Shown here piece after piece: positions 59,001 through 64,000 of a DNA stretch of 64,000 nucleotides; within the stretch, counting starts at the first letter, position 1, and the number at the start of each line of letters is the position of its first letter. The notes under the pieces are model-generated. The model had not been told where the DNA came from, did not search any database, and was given only the letters and a program-made list of their open reading frames with translations. A program made the translations under genes and the position numbers. Location of the stretch: NCBI RefSeq assembly GCF_964194155.1, contig NC_135893.1, forward strand, positions 57,970,001 to 58,034,000. The letters run 5' to 3'. This stretch comes from Cetorhinus maximus (taxonomy: Eukaryota).

Positions 59001-62000
59001 GACAAAGAAGGAGGTTCTGCATTGTCATTGAGGAGCTTGGCAGCAAATTAAGAAGCAGAACCTCAAAGGTCATAATCTCTGGATCAAAGGTTATTGCATA
59101 AAATAAAAGCTCATGGTATAGGGGTAACACATTGGCATGGATAGAAGATTGCCTGGCTAACAGGAAGCAGAGAGTAGGCATAAATGGGTCTTTTTCAGGT
59201 TGGCAAGATATAATGAGTGGTGTGCCACAGGGATCAGTGCTGGGACCTCAACTGTTTATAATTTATATAAATGACTTGGATGAAGTGATGGTTGCCAAAT
59301 TTGCTGATGACACAAAGATAGGGAGGAAAGTAATTTGTGAAGAGGACATGAGGCTACAAAAAGATATAGATATGTTAAGTGAGTGGGCAAAGATCTGGCA
59401 AATGGAGTATAATGTGGGAAAGTGGGAAATTTTCCATTTTGATAGGAAGAATAAAAGAGAGGCACATTATCTAAATGGTGAGAGATTGCAGAGGGATCTG
59501 GGTGTCTTAGTGCATGAATCACAAAAGACTAGTAATCAGGTACAGTGAGTAATTTGGGAAAGCTAATAGAGTGTTATTTTTTCTTGCAAGGGGGATTGAA
59601 TACAAAAGTAGTGAGGTCATGGTTCAGTTATACAGAGCACTAGTGAGACCACATCTGGAATACTGTGTATAGTACCAGTCACATTATTTAAGGAAGGATG
59701 TAAATACGTTGGAAGCAGTTCAGAGTAGGTTTACCAGCTTAATACCTGAAATGGGCGGGTTGTTTTATGAGGAAAAGTTGGACAGATTAGGCTTGTATCC
59801 ACTGGAGTTTAGAAGGGTAAAAGGTGACTTGATTTAAACATATAAGATCCTGAGGGGACTTGTCAGGGTGGATGTAGAGAGAATGTTTCCTCTTGTGGGA
59901 GAATATGGAACTAGGGGTCACTCTTTAAAAATAAGGGGTTGCCCATTTAAAATGGAGATGAGACAAAATTTTTTCTGAGGGTCGTGAGTCTTTGGGACTC
60001 TCTGAAAAGGCGGTGGAAGCAGAATCTTTGAATATTTTTAAGGCAGCGGTGGATAGATTCTTGGTAAGCAAGAGGGTGATAGGTTATCAGGGGTAGGCAG
60101 GATGTAGATTTGAGGTTACTATCAGATCAGCTATGATCTTATTAAATGGTGGAGCAGGCTCGAGAGGCTGAATGACCTACTCCTGCTCCTTGTTCGTAAG
60201 TTCGAATGTGCGTGTTTATGTAGCAACCTGGCAGTTTTTACTTTTCATTTACTTTTGCACCATGGATGGGGGAGAGCACTGACTTCATATAGGCACCTAG
60301 AATCCACCAATTTTACACTCTGAACAGGTTGTGTGTAATGATCCTTTTTGTTTTCGAAGTCTTTTAATTAAATTTTGTGGGATTTTTTTGTAGGACCATG
60401 ATGATGCCTTGACTCTTACTCTGTCTGCCAACCAGTTAGAGCAAAAACTAAAGAGGCAAACCTTGCAGCTAATCTCTACGATACAGGTTAGTAAATATTG
60501 AACAATGCCAGAGCTTAAAAGGTAATGTTTTCTCTGCAAAGTTACTGAGGCACAATGATACAACCTGATTTTAAAAACTGATTCAGTGGTTCAGAATATT
60601 GACTAGCTCTGTACTTGCCCCTAGGAATGAGGCTGGGAACTCGCTTCAGTTGAACAAAATCCCAGGAAATTAGCCATCACACAGGAGGAGGAACAATTGT
60701 TTTCTTTTAAATAGTAAATGTAGCTTGTGGTCCTTAAAGGCTTTAATCAAGACTCCAGTGTAGATATAGAACCCAATTTTATGAATGTACAAACCTGGCA
60801 GGGAGCCTTGTGATTTCACAGTATGCGGAGCTTTTGGGTGAGAAGCTCCATTGATAAAATTGGTCCTATATAGCAGCCATTGGGGGTTGTTGTGAAGTAG
60901 AGTTGCTCTGTAATAGGAATAACTCATCGTTGCATTAATGTTTAAGGAGGCTAAATTATTTTATCCCTTGTATTCATAGAATCCATCCACTTCCTGTGTT
61001 ATTGATTTGTGTACAGTATTCTGGATAGTGAAAGAGGCCAAAACTTCATGTATTGCTTGTGCGTGTGAAACAGCAGTATTCCTGTGGGCCCCACAACAGC
61101 TAAACCAATGGACTAATATCCATACATGGACCTTTAATAAGGTAAGGCTGCCTGTTCTTTTCTAGTTGCAAATTACCTTAATTCTGATCTGACTGTCTAG
61201 TATTCAATGCTAAGTAGTTCACTCTGAACAACATTAAAGTAAATGTTTGACTCAAATGCTTTAAACTATGTCAGAGTTTTTTTAATATATTCTTTCCTGG
61301 GATGTGGGCGTTGCTGGATAGACCAGCATTTTTATTGCCAATCTCTACTTGCCCTTGAGAAGGATTGTAGAGACCTTGTCAAAATTATAAAGTTTAAAGC
61401 CTTATCAGCCTGCCTTGTGATATCCATGAAAACCTACAGACAGCACCAGCTAATGAGGACTTTCCACATACAATGAAGTGTTTGGAAAAAGTTGGAATAG
61501 TGTGTTAAATAATAAATAGTATTAGTGCTACAAGTTGGAACATAGCACCACTGCACATTTCACCTCTCTGTTTTCGTCCCCACATCTCTGAAGAACCTTC
61601 TAGGTTTACCTTGCATATCCAGATTCCTTTCCTGAGGTTGGGAGGAAACTTAACTCCACTTCCTACAGCCAGATCTTCAGGGTTGTTATGCATTGTATGT
61701 ATGGGTTAAAGAAAATAACATTTACTCTGGTTCCCTAAAATATCACTGGCTTACTGACAAATATGACTTTTGCTGTGCCTTGAACATCTTTTAAACTTGT
61801 CTAGTGTGCTCAAAGCAAACCTTTTGGTTTCGTATTCAACCCCCAATATAACTTGTGTTTCATGTTCACCGGACTGCAGGTCTTGGGCAGGGAGGGAAGG
61901 TCACTCTGTCCCTAGTTTAAACCAGTGCCATTAAGTCATCTGCTAGAGGGCACACAAAAGCAGGCCAGAGATCTGTTACCTGCACTTTCCCTACTACTTC

Positions 62001-63893
62001 ACCCTCTTTTGTTTTAAGGGAGCTTGCTGGGGCTTCTGCTAGACACCTCATTAATGCGACAAGGCTGTGATTAGGAAGCCACCTGAATGTATATAGAGAT
62101 TCAAATCAAATATATATACCTCTGTATTGCTCCAATCTGGTTTTACATCCCAAGTCCATGATGTCTCGGTGCAAGCGGACATTTTTCCCTATTGGTTATG
62201 TTCAGTAACCAGTTGGCAACTGTTTAATTTTGGTTTTGTGTACAAGCTAGTATCGTGTTTTGGAATCCAAGCTGAGCAGGAAGTGTGCTTAAAAGACTAT
62301 TCAGGATTGTTGAGATAAGTGGTGAGGTACAGGAGCCCTCTGCTTTTTGACGTTCTTTTTAACCTGATTTTTGTGTTGATTTGGTCTCCACTCCCCGGCT
62401 CTTACAGGTTCCTATAATCGAACTCATCCCCATTCCAGATGCTGTGAATATCCTGTGTGTGGCTTTTGGAAGCCTGGAGATAAGAGAAGTGAAGTAAGGC
62501 TACAAAGCATATTGATAAAACTGTGGAAATACTCTAGAACTGATTGATTACACATTAACAATATTTTGCAGAGAAGTGGGGGTTTCACACTGAATATAAA
62601 AGTGTGGAGCAATTTTGTGTCCTGTCACACTTTTCTGAAATGGTATTTACACTTTTGCAGACTGGCTATTTTCATAAAAATAACCAGTTCTACAATATAT
62701 TATGTTTTATAACTAAACTGTTGAAATTGACCCCCACTCCCTCCCCTCATCGCATCATTGGCATGTGGTGACATGGAAAGAACAGTGATAGGAAATAAGC
62801 TTGCACGCTGCCAGGCTGAGGTGTGAACACAGAACGGAGGCCCAAATCTTGACACAATGGATGAGGAAAGCAGTAGGAGACGTACCCCTCTTAGCAACTT
62901 GTTTTGGACTGACACATCCAAAAGGCCTGCAGGGACCCTAAGCTGTAAATACTGAGGAGTGTGGTGACACTAGGGAAAACTATTTTCTAAGACTGTACTT
63001 AAGCTCTGAAGGAAGCACATTGGCATAGAATATTGGTAATCCTGCTGTATGTTAAACTGGGAATTAACCCAAGTACTTTCCCTGCCATGTCATTACAGGA
63101 AGCACTGCCAGTCATTAGCCCACTTGAATTGTGCATTACAGAGCAGAATTTGCAGAAGCAAGACATCTGCTTGTTTTCTGTCTTTGTTTGGACTATTGTG
63201 TGTGACTTAATAAGGGGGGGATGAGACTTTTTTAAAGAATAGTCAAAAGCATTTAATAGTGAGGGGTGATTAATGTTAGTGCATTAATAATTAGGCAACA
63301 TTTTAAATAGGGTTTAATTTAAATTTTATTAGCACATGCAACTATTCCCTTGAATACAGAATTAATTCACTTTTAGTTAAAGTACAATATTCAGGCACTG
63401 TGAAGAGCTTTATTCTCTGTCAAACCTGTGCTGTATCTGCCATTAGGAGTGTCTGATGTAGGGAGAGCTTTGCTCTGCTCTGTATCTAACCTGTATTGCA
63501 TCAAACTTGGGCGTTTACTAAATGCTGAAACTAAGTGCTTAAGTGGTAAACCCTTGCATTCTCAGCACTGACACCCTTCACTTCATCAAACTATGTACAA
63601 AAAAAAATGTTTTTTTCACCAAGATTGCTACTACAATCCTAATAATGGATCCAAGTGAAATTATAGCTCAGGCAACACCTGTCTTTCTTGAAGCATGGCT
63701 GATTGATTTTTCTACTGCTCCTGTTTGTTTTAAGAGTATTGCACTCCACAGAGAGGGGCTGTTTGGAACACACCCTGCTGCAGGCAGGAGACATAAATGC
63801 AGTGCTTGGGCTGCCTGGAAGGAGGCTGGTCTGCTCTTGTGGCACACTCCAGAGTCAACACATAGAACTCAGCACCCTATCCAAAGAAGGAAG
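49985..63893 (+). CDS. PALB2: Partner and localizer of BRCA2, first 10 coding exons (3' WD40 exons lie beyond the window)
   Basis: Exons 49985-50032, 50122-50181, 51083-51182, 51675-53483, 55003-55359, 57058-57590, 60394-60486, 60980-61141, 62408-62493 and 63735-63893 are phase-consistent. Motifs: coiled coil LKERLALLKKEYAKTVYKLQRAQKAE, ChAM EGLLFPVEYYVRTTRRM, MRG15-binding DFDLPDEEYG, start of the WD40 domain. Confidence 0.93.
50122..50181 (+). CDS. PALB2: PALB2 exon 2 (BRCA1-binding coiled coil)
   Basis: cag|CTC ... CAG|gtgaa, 60 nt. Confidence 0.92.
51083..51182 (+). CDS. PALB2: PALB2 exon 3 (RAQKAERVRNHVK...)
   Basis: tag|CGT ... CTG|gtaagt, 100 nt. Confidence 0.9.
51675..53483 (+). CDS. 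PALB2: PALB2 large exon 4, including the ChAM motif (52523-52639)
   Basis: 631-aa ORF in the track. The first phase-compatible acceptor after the in-frame TAA at 51641 is aaag|GT at 51674/51675. Donor AAG|gtgaac. Confidence 0.88.
54485..54956. mobile_element. Tigger/pogo-type MITE (Tc1/mariner superfamily)
   Basis: TIRs CAGTAAGTCCTCACTTAA / TTAAGCAAGGACTTACTG match 16/18; right flank TA, left flank TG. Confidence 0.8.
55003..55359 (+). CDS. PALB2: PALB2 exon 5a (MRG15-binding FxLP motif)
   Basis: tag|GT ... AAA|gtaaga, 357 nt; QDFDLPDEEYGQLKEKL. Confidence 0.85.
55990..56520 (+). mobile_element. CR1 LINE 3' fragment
   Basis: LKGLNYEVRLHSLEYRRLKG..IEVFKII, followed by the 3' tail. Confidence 0.8.
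57058..57590 (+). CDS. PALB2: PALB2 exon 5b (SVLLSTP, SPVFPSLGFTPA)
   Basis: ctag|AG ... GAG|gtatgt, 533 nt. Confidence 0.85.
58030..60205 (+). mobile_element. CR1 LINE with 5' UTR, decayed ORF1 (Cys-rich head plus SGNH esterase) and the 3' half of RT; large internal deletion
   Basis: MAGQVMCCNCRMWE...HICSKC (about 58410); VVVGDSMVR...CLPGA...VHVGTND (58714-59031); SGVPQGSVLGPQLFIIYINDL...KFADDTK (59132-59548). Confidence 0.9.
60394..60486 (+). CDS. PALB2: PALB2 exon (…LQLISTIQ)
   Basis: tag|GAC ... CAG|gttagt, 93 nt. Confidence 0.85.
60980..61141 (+). CDS. PALB2: PALB2 WD40 exon (NPSTSCVIDLCTVFW...HTWTFNK)
   Basis: tag|AAT ... AAG|gtaag, 162 nt. Confidence 0.92.
62408..62493 (+). CDS. PALB2: PALB2 WD40 exon (VPIIELIPIPDAVNILCVAFGSLEIREV)
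   Basis: cag|GTT ... AA|gtaag, 86 nt. Confidence 0.92.
63735..63893 (+). CDS. PALB2: PALB2 WD40 exon (LQAGDINAVLGLPGRRLVCSCGTL)
   Basis: aag|A ... AG|gtcag, 159 nt. Confidence 0.9.
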
Positions 63894-64000
63894 GTCAGAT
63901 ATGATTTGTATTTCTTTTTAATTAACCATGTTTTTGTTTTGGTTTGCTTGCTTAGCAACACCTCAAACTAGTGGAACATGTTAACTGTTGTGTGTCTGAT

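Noticed and set aside
58714-59031. Host SGNH/GDSL esterase gene nested in PALB2
   Set aside because: It is the CR1 ORF1 esterase, interrupted by stops and joined to RT remnants.

Overview
Vertebrate genomic DNA, most likely a cartilaginous fish (shark-type CR1/HER1 LINEs, Deu-domain SINEs and Penelope-like elements; this is an inference). Four spliced genes can be reconstructed exon by exon. They are the last 7 exons of ERN2/IRE1beta (+), complete PLK1 (-, 11 coding exons, 585 aa), complete DCTN5 (-, 6 exons, 182 aa) and the first 10 coding exons of PALB2 (+, runs off the window). Order and orientation match human 16p12.2, with a compact DCTN5/PALB2 bidirectional promoter. Introns and intergenic DNA are dense with decayed CR1 and RTE LINEs, Penelope-like elements carrying minimal hammerhead-ribozyme motifs, SINEs, two MITEs, a solo LTR, a tRNA-Lys pseudogene and tandem repeats. 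The most interesting signals are recursive-splice-like AG|GT starts on the two large in-frame PALB2 exons, five intronic hammerhead motifs, extra introns in PLK1 and PALB2 relative to human, and a 5'-inverted (twin-primed) RTE insertion. Comparisons to human genes and repeat families are from memory; no database search was run.
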